From: Rhizomicrobium sp.
GTDB lineage: Bacteria; Pseudomonadota; Alphaproteobacteria; Micropepsales; Micropepsaceae
Reading direction: 5' to 3'
DNA length: 64,000 nucleotides
NCBI GenBank assembly: GCA_035605955.1
Contig: DATNGI010000066.1
Location: 14,495 to 78,494, forward strand
Every line of letters begins with the position of its first letter. Position 1 is the stretch's first letter. The position numbers and the translations under genes were made by a program. Under the pieces are notes generated by a model. The model was not told where the DNA came from. It made no database searches and worked only from the letters and a program-made list of their open reading frames with translations. Positions 38,106 through 47,637 of the stretch are shown in pieces.

Positions 38106-38211
38106 CAGCGAGCCGGATCGATCGAAGGCGCTTTTGCCCGCAAGCGCCTTCATGATACAACCGCAGACATTGGACGCGCATTCTCCTTTTTGACGGAAAC
38201 AGGAGGGCATC

Positions 38212-39264
38212 TTGTTCAAGCAGGCATTTGCCACATTCCTCCTTCTCGCATGTTTAGGATTGGCCGGGACGGCGGCCGCGCAGGCACAAAGCTGCGGCGC
38301 GCCATCGCTTGCGGACAGAGTGGAATTGAAGCCGGTCGCCGCAAGCCATCTGATGACGGTGCCGGTCATGATCGAGGGTGCGTCCAAGCAGTTCCTGCTG
38401 GCGGTCGGCACCAATCCCGACGAGATCTCCCAGGCCGCCGCGACCGAATTGCATCTGGCCCAGCCCGAACAGCACACCGCCTATAACAGCCTGTCCGAGT
38501 TGAACGAGACCCTGCAATACCGCGCGCCCGTCATCGATGTGAGGAGCGCCGGCGCGGCCGCGGCCAAGGTCTATCAGCCGCGCGTGCGCGCCACCGCCTT
38601 CACCATCGGCACGGCCACTTTGCCCGGCCTGCAATTCCTGGTCTCCAACGACCGCGACTTGGGCGTTTCCAAGCCTTATGACGGGCTTCTGACCGCTGCG
38701 GGCTTTCGCCAATACGACATGGACATGGATTTCGGGGGAAAGCAGCTGACCTTCCTTGCAGCCCGAACCGGCTGCGCCGACCCCAACCAAATTGTGCGCT
38801 GGCCGCACGGTGTCATCGCCGTCATCGCCATGCGCATGAACAATGGCAAGATGAGCATTCCGGTTACGGTCATGGGCCATGAGATCGAAGCCGTCATCGA
38901 CACCGGTTCGGAGCGCTCGGTGATGCGCCGCGCGATTGCCGAGCGCTTGCTCGGCCTCAAACCCGATAGCGACATGGCGTCGGCCGGCGATCTACGCGAC
39001 GGGACGGGGCAGCGCGTCTATCAGCACATTTTCCCGGAAATCCGCTTCGAAGGCGTGGTGGCGAGCAATGTTCCGGCGCTGATTCAAGAATACAGCCTGG
39101 TCCGGCCGGCCCGCCGCGCCGTGGTCACAGGCAGCCGGCTGCAGGCCGCCGACACGCCGGGCGAGGTCGTTCCCGATCTCACCTTGGGCATGGATGTGCT
39201 CAGCCAGCTTCATATCTTCGCCGCTTTCCAGGACAACAAGCTCTACGTCACCGCCAATTCCTGA
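38212..39264 (+). CDS. Secreted retropepsin-like protein, N-lobe Asp absent
   Basis: RBS AGGAGG; signal peptide; FLLAVGT; VIDTGS; YDGLL; LGMDVL. Confidence 0.85.
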   Translation: MFKQAFATFLLLACLGLAGTAAAQAQSCGAPSLADRVELKPVAASHLMTVPVMIEGASKQFLLAVGTNPDEISQAAATELHLAQPEQHTAYNSLSELNETLQYRAPVIDVRSAGAAAAKVYQPRVRATAFTIGTATLPGLQFLVSNDRDLGVSKPYDGLLTAAGFRQYDMDMDFGGKQLTFLAARTGCADPNQIVRWPHGVIAVIAMRMNNGKMSIPVTVMGHEIEAVIDTGSERSVMRRAIAERLLGLKPDSDMASAGDLRDGTGQRVYQHIFPEIRFEGVVASNVPALIQEYSLVRPARRAVVTGSRLQAADTPGEVVPDLTLGMDVLSQLHIFAAFQDNKLYVTANS

Positions 39265-39305
39265 GTGTTTCGGCGATGCAGCAAAATTGAAAATCGCGCC
39301 TCGAA

Positions 39306-39350
39306 CTACGAAGAGTTTCGTTGACTCTACGAATCTCTTCGTAGTAAGGT
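39306..39350 (+). promoter_or_regulatory. Tandem BlaI-type operators overlapping a sigma70 promoter
   Basis: CTACGAA-GAGT-TTCGTTG (39306-23) and perfect CTACGAA-TCTC-TTCGTAG (39327-44); TTGACT-N18-TAAGGT. Confidence 0.8.
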
Positions 39351-39357
39351 CGGAACC

Positions 39358-39756
39358 ATGAAACAGCATCCGCCCAAGCCGACCCAGTCCGAACTGGAAA
39401 TCCTGCGCGTTCTTTGGGGCAGGGGACCATCGACCGTCCGCGAAGTGCTGGAATCGCTGAACGAGACCAAAAGCCTGGGCTATACCGGGGTCCTCAAGCT
39501 TCTGCAGATCATGACCGCCAAGGGCAGCGTGCGCCGCGATGAAAGCAATCGCGCCCATGTCTATGAAGCGCGCCGCCCCGAAGACCAGACCAAGCGGCAG
39601 CTTGCCAGCGACATGCTGCAGCGTGTGTTCGAAGGTTCGGCCAGCCAATTGATGATGCATGCGCTGGCCGGGCGCAGCACCTCACCCGAAGAGATCGAAG
39701 AACTCCGCCGCATCCTGGATGCGCATGAGGGAGACGATGATGGCAAGGCTGAATAG
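39358..39756 (+). CDS. BlaI/MecI/CopY family repressor (#2)
   Basis: PT.SELEIL.VLW..GPSTVREV, GYT.VLK.LQIM..KG.V.RDE..RAH.Y and F.GSAS.L motifs. Confidence 0.96.
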   Translation: MKQHPPKPTQSELEILRVLWGRGPSTVREVLESLNETKSLGYTGVLKLLQIMTAKGSVRRDESNRAHVYEARRPEDQTKRQLASDMLQRVFEGSASQLMMHALAGRSTSPEEIEELRRILDAHEGDDDGKAE

Positions 39757-42193
39757 CTGGCTTTCGCCCGATGTAATGCATGCCCTGGGTTGGGCCCTGA
39801 TCCATTCGCTGTGGCAATGCGTGGCGTTGGCCGCGCTGGCGGCGGCATTGATGGCTTTCAGCCGCCGGCCCTCCGTCCGCTACCTTGTCGCTACGGGCGC
39901 ACTGGCCGCGATGCTGGTGGCGCTCGTGGCGACCTTTTTCATTCTGGTGAAGCCTACCCAGCCGGCGCATGTGCCGTCGCCGGCCGGTCAGGGCTTGCCG
40001 TCCTTCGCCGTGCCGGCCGCCATGTCTCCCTCAGTTGTTGCGGGGAATGCCTCCACCGCCGCGCCTGTGGCCATGGCGGCCGGCGCGGTGATCTCGCCAC
40101 TGGATTCGTACCGAATACGTCCAGCGCGGCCCGCACCGGATTTCCTGCCGTCCAGTCTCCTGCCGTGGCTGGTGGCGGCATGGCTTTCCGGCGTGGCGCT
40201 GTTCAGCCTGCGCTTCGCCGGCGGCTTCCTGCTTCTGGAATATCGGCGCCGCACTCTTTGCGAGCCGCCCAATGCCCATATTCTCAGTCTGTGTCACGAT
40301 TTGCAGCGCAAGCTCGGCCTCGACCGCGCCGTGCTCTATTTGGAATGCGCTTGGATCCAGGCACCCGCCGTGATCGGCTGGCTCGGTCCCATCGTGCTTC
40401 TGCCGATCGCGGCTTTAAGCGGGTTGTCGGAAGCGCAATTGCGCGCGGTGATCGCGCATGAGTTGGCGCATATCCGCCGGCATGATTTCTTCATCAATCT
40501 TCTGCAGGTCCTGGTCGAAACGCTTCTCTTCTATCATCCCGCGATCTGGTGGCTGAACGCGCGCATCCGCGCCGAGCGCGAACTCTGCTGCGACGAGATC
40601 GCGGTGTCCTTGACCGGCGACCGGCTGGAATATGCCAGGGTTCTGACCTTGATGGCGGAATGGGAGCAGGCGCCCGCGCTCGCCATGGCCGCCAATCGCG
40701 GACCCTTGACCGCGCGCATCTTCCACATTCTGGGCCGCAAATCGTCGGGCTTGGGCCAGCGCATGCTGGGATTGACGGGCGCAATTCTGTTCCTGGCCGC
40801 CGCTTTGGGCGCGGCCAATGCGCTGTTCGGAATCGCTTATCCGATCGCCAAGGCCGAAGCCAAAGCGGTCGCCAAGATTGTTCCAACCATCAGCCGGGCC
40901 GCCATCGATCAGGTCGCGTCCCTGGCATCTCAAGCAGCGGCGCCTGTGGTGAAAGCGCCGGACCAGAACGGCGGCCGTACCCTCAGTCGCCCGGACCTAG
41001 TCCAGGCCGAAACGCCCGTGGCGTCGCTGCCCGATGTGCCGCAGCCGTCAGCAGATGTTTTCCCGCCACCCGCCAAAGCCTCGGCCGCGCCGGAAGAGAC
41101 GGCATCGAATGATCCCGCGCCTGCACCAACGCCTGCGCCGGCTCCGGCGAATGCGCCTTCTGCCGCCCAGGTGGCGCTGAACGATCCGCCGGCTGCGACC
41201 GGGCGCAGCTGCGCGCTTCCCGCCATCGCCGACACGGTCGGGCTCACGCCGGTGCGCGGCAGCAATCTGATGACGGTGCCGGTTCAGATCAACGGCCAGT
41301 CCAAGCAATTCCTGCTCGATCTTGGCACCAATCCCACCACCGTCTCGCGCGCGGCGGTGGCCGAGCTGGGCTTGCCGGAAAACACCCGCATGACCAGCGT
41401 CATTCAGTTCGGCGGCAATGGCAGCACATCCGACATGGGCGTGCAGCAGGGCCTGCAGATGCAAGCGCCCGTCTATGACGTGCGGGGCAATCAGAAGACC
41501 TATGGCTTGCGCTCGCGGGTTCGCGTCGGCCAATTCACCATCGGCACCGCCACGGCGCCCAATCTGATGTTCATGGTCGCCAATAGCGGCGAGATCGCCA
41601 AGGCGGCGCCTTATGACGGGATCCTGACCAACGACATCTTCCGCCAATATGACGCCGAGCTGGATTTCGCGGGCAAGCAGATCACTTTCCTCACCCCCGC
41701 CAAATGCACCGATCCGGATCAAGTCGTGTTCTGGGCGCATGACGCAGTGGGCGTGATTCCCATGACCCTGGTGGACGGCCGGATCCAAGTGCCGGTGACC
41801 ATCGAAGGCCATCCCGTCGATGCGGTCATCGACACCAGCTCGCCGCGCAGCGTCATGCGCCGCGACATCGCCGAACGCATGCTGGGCTATAAGGCCGGGA
41901 CGCCCGAGATGATGGCCGATGGCGATACGAAAGACGGCATGGGCCAGCCGGTCTTTGTGCATAATTTCTCGCGGATTTCCTTCGCGGGCGGCGTCACGGC
42001 GGTGAATGTTCCGGCCCTGATCCAGACCAACAGCATGCTGCACGACAATGACAGCGAGCCGGTCATAGGCAGCAGGGCGAGCTCGGTGGATCCGCGCATT
42101 CCCGATCTGACGCTGGGCATGGATGTGCTCAGCCAGCTCCATGTCTATGCCGTGTTCGGGCAGAAAAAGCTTTACGTCACGGCCAACAAGTAG
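39737..42193 (+). CDS. BlaR1/M56 metallopeptidase fused to C-terminal two-lobed retropepsin-like module
   Basis: L.WAL.HSLWQ N-terminus; HELAH..R.D and E.CCD; TM; Pro/Ala linker; LLDLGT and VIDTSS lobes. Confidence 0.92.
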   Translation: MMARLNSWLSPDVMHALGWALIHSLWQCVALAALAAALMAFSRRPSVRYLVATGALAAMLVALVATFFILVKPTQPAHVPSPAGQGLPSFAVPAAMSPSVVAGNASTAAPVAMAAGAVISPLDSYRIRPARPAPDFLPSSLLPWLVAAWLSGVALFSLRFAGGFLLLEYRRRTLCEPPNAHILSLCHDLQRKLGLDRAVLYLECAWIQAPAVIGWLGPIVLLPIAALSGLSEAQLRAVIAHELAHIRRHDFFINLLQVLVETLLFYHPAIWWLNARIRAERELCCDEIAVSLTGDRLEYARVLTLMAEWEQAPALAMAANRGPLTARIFHILGRKSSGLGQRMLGLTGAILFLAAALGAANALFGIAYPIAKAEAKAVAKIVPTISRAAIDQVASLASQAAAPVVKAPDQNGGRTLSRPDLVQAETPVASLPDVPQPSADVFPPPAKASAAPEETASNDPAPAPTPAPAPANAPSAAQVALNDPPAATGRSCALPAIADTVGLTPVRGSNLMTVPVQINGQSKQFLLDLGTNPTTVSRAAVAELGLPENTRMTSVIQFGGNGSTSDMGVQQGLQMQAPVYDVRGNQKTYGLRSRVRVGQFTIGTATAPNLMFMVANSGEIAKAAPYDGILTNDIFRQYDAELDFAGKQITFLTPAKCTDPDQVVFWAHDAVGVIPMTLVDGRIQVPVTIEGHPVDAVIDTSSPRSVMRRDIAERMLGYKAGTPEMMADGDTKDGMGQPVFVHNFSRISFAGGVTAVNVPALIQTNSMLHDNDSEPVIGSRASSVDPRIPDLTLGMDVLSQLHVYAVFGQKKLYVTANK

Positions 42194-42202
42194 GAGCGAG
42201 CG

Positions 42203-43255
42203 ATGAACAAGCAATGGACGGGTGCCTGCGTTCTTCTCCTGGCATTGAACGGGGCCGCGGCAGCTCAGACCTGCGCCTTGCCGCAGATCGCCGACCAGGC
42301 CGCGTTGCAGCCGGTCGCGGCCAGCAATCTGGTGACGGTGCCGGTCGCCATCAATGGCAAGCCCAAACAGTTCCTCCTGGATCTCGGCGCCGGCCCGATC
42401 AGCATCTCTGAGGCGGCGGTGGCCGATTTGGGTTTGCCCCAGACCATGAAGATGTCCAGCACCATCCAATCCGCCGGCGTCGGTTTCACAGGCAATTCCC
42501 AACCCTCGGCGCTTGGGACGTTCCAGGCGCCCGTCTATGACGTGAAAGGCAACCAGGCCGCGAATGCCCAGCGCGCCCGCGTGCGTGTCGCCGCCTTTAC
42601 GCTCGGCGGCGCGACCGCCAACAATCTGCAATTCATGGTCGCCAGCGACGGAGAGATCGCCAGAGGCGCGCCCTATGATGGGATGCTGACCACCGACATC
42701 CTCAAGCAATATGACGTCGAAGTGGATTTCGCGGGCAAGCAGATCAACTTCCTCACCCCCGCCAAATGCAGCGATGTGGACCAGATCGTGTTCTGGTCCC
42801 ATGGCGCAGTCGGCGAAGTTCCCATGGAAGTGGTGAATGGCCGGATCGTGGTGCCGGTGACCATCGAAGGCCATGCCATCAACGCCGTCATCGACACCAC
42901 ATCGACGCGATCAGTCATGCGCCGCGACATCGCCGAACTGGCCCTGGGCTTGAAGCCCGGCACGGCGGGTACCATACCGGACGGCGAGACCAAGGACGGC
43001 ATGGGCCTGCCCGTCTATGTCCACACCTTTCCGCAGATCGTCTTTGCCGGTGGCGTCACGGCGGTGAATGTGCCCGCTTTGATCCAGACCAACGGCATGC
43101 TGCGCGACGCGGACGGGGCCCCGATGCGGGGTAGCAGGGCGGTTGTGGGCGATGCACGCATCGCCGATTTCACCTTGGGCATGGATGTGCTGCACCAGCT
43201 TCATCTCTATGCCGTGTTCGGGCACAAGAAGCTCTACGTCACCGCTGCCCGGTGA
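42203..43255 (+). CDS. Secreted retropepsin-like protein with variant motifs
   Basis: RBS AGGAG; signal peptide; LLDLGA and VIDTTS; YDGML; LGMDVL. Confidence 0.85.
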   Translation: MNKQWTGACVLLLALNGAAAAQTCALPQIADQAALQPVAASNLVTVPVAINGKPKQFLLDLGAGPISISEAAVADLGLPQTMKMSSTIQSAGVGFTGNSQPSALGTFQAPVYDVKGNQAANAQRARVRVAAFTLGGATANNLQFMVASDGEIARGAPYDGMLTTDILKQYDVEVDFAGKQINFLTPAKCSDVDQIVFWSHGAVGEVPMEVVNGRIVVPVTIEGHAINAVIDTTSTRSVMRRDIAELALGLKPGTAGTIPDGETKDGMGLPVYVHTFPQIVFAGGVTAVNVPALIQTNGMLRDADGAPMRGSRAVVGDARIADFTLGMDVLHQLHLYAVFGHKKLYVTAAR

Positions 43256-43257
43256 GG

Positions 43258-43339
43258 GTGAGCGGCGGTTCGCGTCAGCGAACGAGTTGGTTCAGTGAAC
43301 CAATTCGAGCCGCGAACGCCCCGAGCACGAGCGAGGGGC
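43258..43339 (+). repeat. Structured repeat family A, copy 2
   Basis: GTGAGCGG-GTTCGC.GTCA.GCGAAC-GAGTTGGTTC.AGT.GAACCAATTCG-GAACGCCCC-GA-GC-ACGA-GC-GA-GGGGC. Confidence 0.9.
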
Positions 43340-43428
43340 CGCGCGCCCTAAAAAGCCTTTTGATCCGACCCACTTAAGCGCGGGCTGATGCCGCCGGCCG
43401 GATGTGGCCGGCGGTCGCGCAATATGGC

Positions 43429-43458
43429 TTGCGCCGATCTATTACATTGTAGTAGATT
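43429..43458 (+). promoter_or_regulatory. Putative BlaI operator overlapping a promoter
   Basis: Near-perfect palindrome ATCTATTACATTGTAGTAGAT (43437-57) inside TTGCGC-N18-TAGATT. Confidence 0.75.
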
Positions 43459-43484
43459 CGATGGTAGCGTAATTGAGGATGACC

Positions 43485-43871
43485 ATGGCGCTGCCCAGGC
43501 TGAGCAATCTGGAAATGCAGATCATGGAGGCGCTGTGGGCGGGCGGCGAACTTTCCATCCGCGATATCCTGGAATCGTTTCCGGCAAAGAAGCGGCCCGC
43601 TTATTCGACGGTGCTGACCATGGTGCGCCGGCTGGAAGCCAAGAAGGCGCTCCGCCATGTCAGGAAGATCGGCACCGCTTTCATCTATCAGGCGGCCATT
43701 CCCCGCGATGCCGCCCGCCGCCGGCTGATCGATGATTTCCTGGCGGTGTTCGGCGGCGAGACCCAGCCGATCATGATGCACATGATCGAGGCGGGAAAAT
43801 TCACCTTGGAGGATGTGCGCGCGGCCGAAAAATATGTGCGCGAAATCGCCAAGAAGGGCGGCAAGCCATGA
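43485..43871 (+). CDS. BlaI/MecI/CopY family repressor (#3), paralog of #1
   Basis: 128 aa; 88/128 identical to 35909..36295 by manual alignment; ATGA coupling to the M56 gene. Confidence 0.95.
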   Translation: MALPRLSNLEMQIMEALWAGGELSIRDILESFPAKKRPAYSTVLTMVRRLEAKKALRHVRKIGTAFIYQAAIPRDAARRRLIDDFLAVFGGETQPIMMHMIEAGKFTLEDVRAAEKYVREIAKKGGKP

Positions 43872-46480
43872 TCGCGGCGCTGCTGAATCATCTGTGGCAA
43901 TCCACGCTCTTTGTGGGCGTGGCCGGCCTGATGGCGCTGGCGCTGACCCGCAACAGCGCCACGGTGCGCTTCTGGGTTTGGTTCGCGGCGTCCTTCAAAT
44001 TCCTGGTGCCGTTTGCCGCTTTGACCGCGCTCAGTGCTTACGCCTTGGCGCCCATGGTGCCGCCGGTGGCGATTCCCAGCGTCACGCTGGCCGAACCGCT
44101 GGCCAAGCCTTTCTCCGCGCCGGCAATGGCCCGGATCGCCACGCGATGGAGCGCGCCCTCAGCGCCGGTCGCGCATCCGCCATTGCCGGCGCTTGCTGTC
44201 GTGCTTGCAGTGCCCGCCCATGTTGCGCCGGCTGCGCCCGAACACGCCGGCCGGCGGGCCTTATCCGCTTTCCATCTTAATCTGGAATCCGCCTTGCTGG
44301 CACTTTGGGCCGCGGGCGTGGCGATGCTGGCGCTCCGCTGGCTGATGCGTTGGCGAAGGTTGCGCGCTTTGTTGCGCGATGCGGTGGAGGCCGGGATCGA
44401 TGCGCCCATCGCCGTGAAATTCTCCGCGTCACGATTGGAGCCAGGCCTGGTCGGCATTCTCGATCCCGTCATCCTCTTGCCGCGCGGCATCGACCGGCAG
44501 CTTTCGCAGGCCGAACTCAAGGCCGTCTTGACGCATGAGCTGGGTCATTGGCGGCGGCATGACAATCTTCTGGCCGCCATCCACATGCTGGTGGAGGCGC
44601 TGTTCTGGTTCTTTCCCCTGGTGTGGTGGGTTGGCGCGCGTCTCAATGCCGAACGCGAGCATGCCTGCGACGAAGGCGTGCTGGCGGCCGGCAACGATCC
44701 GGAGACTTATGCCGAAGCCATTCTGAAGATCTGCCGCGTCTATCTGCAGTCGCCGCTGGCCTGCGTCGCGGGCGTTTCCGGCGCCAATCTGGGACAGCGC
44801 ATCCGGGCGATCATGGAAAACGGGCTGGTGTTGCGCTTGAACGCGGTGCGCAAATGCCTGTTGAGCGCCACCGCCGCCACCGCGCTCGCCTTGCCGGTGG
44901 CGCTGGGGCTGTTGACCGCGCCGGTGGTGCAGATGCAAGCGAAGGCGGCGCAGATTCTGGCGTCGATCAAGACAGGCCCAACGAACGCCGCGGATGACCG
45001 GAGCGACGAGGCGCTTCAGACATCAGGCGCGCCGGACGGCGAGGCCGTGCCGAAACATCATCCGTTCCGCCTAACCATCAGAAATCTGGCGGTCCCGGCG
45101 CCCGACTGGTCGCATCTTTTGTCGCCTGTACCCGCCGATCTGTTTGCGTCGAACGATCCGCCATCGGCATCGGCCCAGCTGGCCCAATTTGCATCGGACA
45201 GCTCTTCCGCCGCCGCACCGGTGAATGCCGCGCAACCCGCTGCGGCGGCTACGGCCGATCAGGCGCTGGCGCCTGGCGCCTGCCAAACGCCCAAACTCAT
45301 GGCGTCGGCCTCGCTGGAAGCGGTGCCTGGCAGCGATCTTCTGACGGTGCCGGTTGCGATCAATGGCTCGCCCCAAAAATTTCTGCTCGATCTCGATCTC
45401 AGGGCGGCAATGGTCTCTCCGGAATTGGTGTCAAAGGTGAGTCTCCCCAATGCCCTGCCGAATGCCGTGAGCATGAACGGGGTCGCGGCCCAAAACGCTG
45501 CCATCGCGATCCGTTCCCTGGACATTGGCGGCGTCGCTACCGGACGCGCGTCGCTGGCGGTCACGGGCGATGGCCAAATCCCACAATCGGCAGCCTATGA
45601 CGGAATTTTGAGCGGAAGTTTCTTCCAGCAATATGATGCCGAGATAAATTTTGCCGAAAAGAAAATCGCCTGGTTCACGCCCACGCGCTGCGCCGACCCC
45701 AACCAGATCGCGTCCTGGGCCCATGGAGACTTGTCCATCATCCCGGTGACCTTAGCCGCCGACGGCCGCTTGAAATTGCAGGCGACGATACGCGGCCATG
45801 TCGTCAACGCCGAGATCGACACCAGCTCGCCCCGCACCATTTTGCGCCGCACCGTCGCGGAGCAGACCATCGGATTGAAGGAAAATTCTGCGGACATGGT
45901 GCCTGTGAGCGGCCTTGAGGATGGCCGGCATATGCAGGTCTATGCCTCCACCTTCACACAGATCGCGTTCGCCGAGGGTGGCATCATGGTGGGAAATGTG
46001 CCGGTGCTGATTCAGGATTTCGGCATGGCCCATTCCATCACCCGGACGACCGACGAGCGCATCCCCGACCTCACCATCGGCATGGATGTGCTGCGCCATC
46101 TCCATATGTATGTCGCGCTTGGCCAAGGCAGGATCTATGTGACGGCGGCTGAGCCACTGTCGGGTGCGGCTTCCGCCGCGCCCCGCCTGGGACAGGCGGC
46201 GCTGACGTCGGCGGACATGCTGAAATTGCAGCAAGCCACCGAAGCAAGAGAATTTTGCATGAAAAGAGACCAGGGTCCTGACAACGATCAATACGGGAAA
46301 TGCGTGAACACGTATCTGCAACTGCACTATGACTGGGAGGTGATCCGCCTTCCCGGTGGAAGGCTCGTCGCCAGTACCCGTAGGCCGCAATTCAGTAACA
46401 GTCCTGCCGGAAGCATCGGCGGGTCGGGCATCAACACCTCAAACAACACCGCTTTTTACAATCCCCAAGCTTTGCATTGA
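43868..46480 (+). CDS. BlaR1/M56 metallopeptidase fused to retropepsin-like module plus extra C-terminal domain
   Basis: LNHLWQSTLF; W..AS.KFL.PF; HELGH..R.D and E.ACD; LLDLDL and EIDTSS lobes; ~110-aa tail. Confidence 0.92.
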   Translation: MIAALLNHLWQSTLFVGVAGLMALALTRNSATVRFWVWFAASFKFLVPFAALTALSAYALAPMVPPVAIPSVTLAEPLAKPFSAPAMARIATRWSAPSAPVAHPPLPALAVVLAVPAHVAPAAPEHAGRRALSAFHLNLESALLALWAAGVAMLALRWLMRWRRLRALLRDAVEAGIDAPIAVKFSASRLEPGLVGILDPVILLPRGIDRQLSQAELKAVLTHELGHWRRHDNLLAAIHMLVEALFWFFPLVWWVGARLNAEREHACDEGVLAAGNDPETYAEAILKICRVYLQSPLACVAGVSGANLGQRIRAIMENGLVLRLNAVRKCLLSATAATALALPVALGLLTAPVVQMQAKAAQILASIKTGPTNAADDRSDEALQTSGAPDGEAVPKHHPFRLTIRNLAVPAPDWSHLLSPVPADLFASNDPPSASAQLAQFASDSSSAAAPVNAAQPAAAATADQALAPGACQTPKLMASASLEAVPGSDLLTVPVAINGSPQKFLLDLDLRAAMVSPELVSKVSLPNALPNAVSMNGVAAQNAAIAIRSLDIGGVATGRASLAVTGDGQIPQSAAYDGILSGSFFQQYDAEINFAEKKIAWFTPTRCADPNQIASWAHGDLSIIPVTLAADGRLKLQATIRGHVVNAEIDTSSPRTILRRTVAEQTIGLKENSADMVPVSGLEDGRHMQVYASTFTQIAFAEGGIMVGNVPVLIQDFGMAHSITRTTDERIPDLTIGMDVLRHLHMYVALGQGRIYVTAAEPLSGAASAAPRLGQAALTSADMLKLQQATEAREFCMKRDQGPDNDQYGKCVNTYLQLHYDWEVIRLPGGRLVASTRRPQFSNSPAGSIGGSGINTSNNTAFYNPQALH

Positions 46481-46506
46481 TCCCGCCGTCGAAACGGGGA
46501 AGCACG

Positions 46507-47637
46507 ATGTTCAAACAAGCATCTCTCGCGTTCGCCGCCTTGTTGGCTTTGAACGCCGCCGGAGCCGCGCAGACCGATGCGCCAGCGCCGCCCGTAACGT
46601 CCTCGTCTGCCGATCAAGCGCTCGCGGCGCGCACCTGTGAGTTGCCCAAGATCGCCGACACCGCGCCGCTACAACCGGTGACCAACAGCAATTTGATGAC
46701 CGTGCCGGTGGCGATAAATGGCACGGCCAAGCAATTCCTGCTAGACATCGGCCTCAAGCGGCCGACCCAGGTCTCGCCTGAGTTGATGGCGGAGTTGAGC
46801 TTGCCCGAGGACGTGAAGCGGACCGAACTTCTTCAGTTCGGACCAGGGTCCTTCAATGCGCCTTACCTGGGCCTTCAGGTCCCCATCTATGATGTGCGCA
46901 ATGGCGGCGGCGGGGACGGCGCGAACACCCGCGTCCGCGTCAGCTCCTTCGGCATCGGCAATGCCACGGATCATCATCTGGAGATGATTGTCACGAAGAA
47001 AGGTGAGATCGGGCGTTCCGCGCCGTATGACGGGTTTCTGTCCGGCGATTTCCTGCGCAAATATGATGTCGAGCTGGATTTCGCGGGAAAGCAGATGACC
47101 TGGCTCACGCCCACCAGCTGCACCGATCCCAACCAGGTGGTGTTTTGGGCGCACAGGGACGTGGCGATCCTGCCGGTCAGTCTGGCCAAGGATGGCAGGC
47201 TGCAGATGCAGGCCATGGTCCGGGGCCATGCCATCAATGCGGAGATTGACACAAGCTCCCCGCGCACGGTCATGCGCCGCGACATCGCCGAGCTGTATGT
47301 AGGGCTCCAATCCAAGGACATGATCCCCGAAGGCGATCTCCAGGACGGCATGCACCTGCCGATCTATGTTTCCGTCTTCCCGGAACTTGTTTTCGCGGGC
47401 GGCAGCGTTACGGCCGTCAATGTGCCGGTGCGGATTCAAACTTACAGCATGCGCACCGCCAACGACCGTGATCTGAATTCGCATATGCGTGGCGTCATCG
47501 GGAATAGCCTGGTGGACGCCGACCGCATTCCCGATCTTTCCATCGGCATGGACGTGCTCAAGCATCTGCATATGTATGTCGTGCCGGGCCAGGCCAAAGT
47601 CTATGTGACAGCGGCGGAGGCGCCACAGGGACCATGA
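46507..47637 (+). CDS. Secreted retropepsin-like protein with variant motifs
   Basis: Signal peptide; LLDIGL and EIDTSS; YDGFL; IGMDVL. Confidence 0.85.
   Translation: MFKQASLAFAALLALNAAGAAQTDAPAPPVTSSSADQALAARTCELPKIADTAPLQPVTNSNLMTVPVAINGTAKQFLLDIGLKRPTQVSPELMAELSLPEDVKRTELLQFGPGSFNAPYLGLQVPIYDVRNGGGGDGANTRVRVSSFGIGNATDHHLEMIVTKKGEIGRSAPYDGFLSGDFLRKYDVELDFAGKQMTWLTPTSCTDPNQVVFWAHRDVAILPVSLAKDGRLQMQAMVRGHAINAEIDTSSPRTVMRRDIAELYVGLQSKDMIPEGDLQDGMHLPIYVSVFPELVFAGGSVTAVNVPVRIQTYSMRTANDRDLNSHMRGVIGNSLVDADRIPDLSIGMDVLKHLHMYVVPGQAKVYVTAAEAPQGP

Noticed and set aside
35909-46480. Beta-lactam resistance locus (bla/mec)
   Set aside because: No beta-lactamase or PBP, and no SxxK penicillin-binding sensor domain on either M56 protein
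33085-47637. Retroelement or prophage origin of the retropepsin-like genes
   Set aside because: No RT, integrase, gag/capsid, LTR or phage genes; the proteins carry signal peptides and are two-lobed bacterial types
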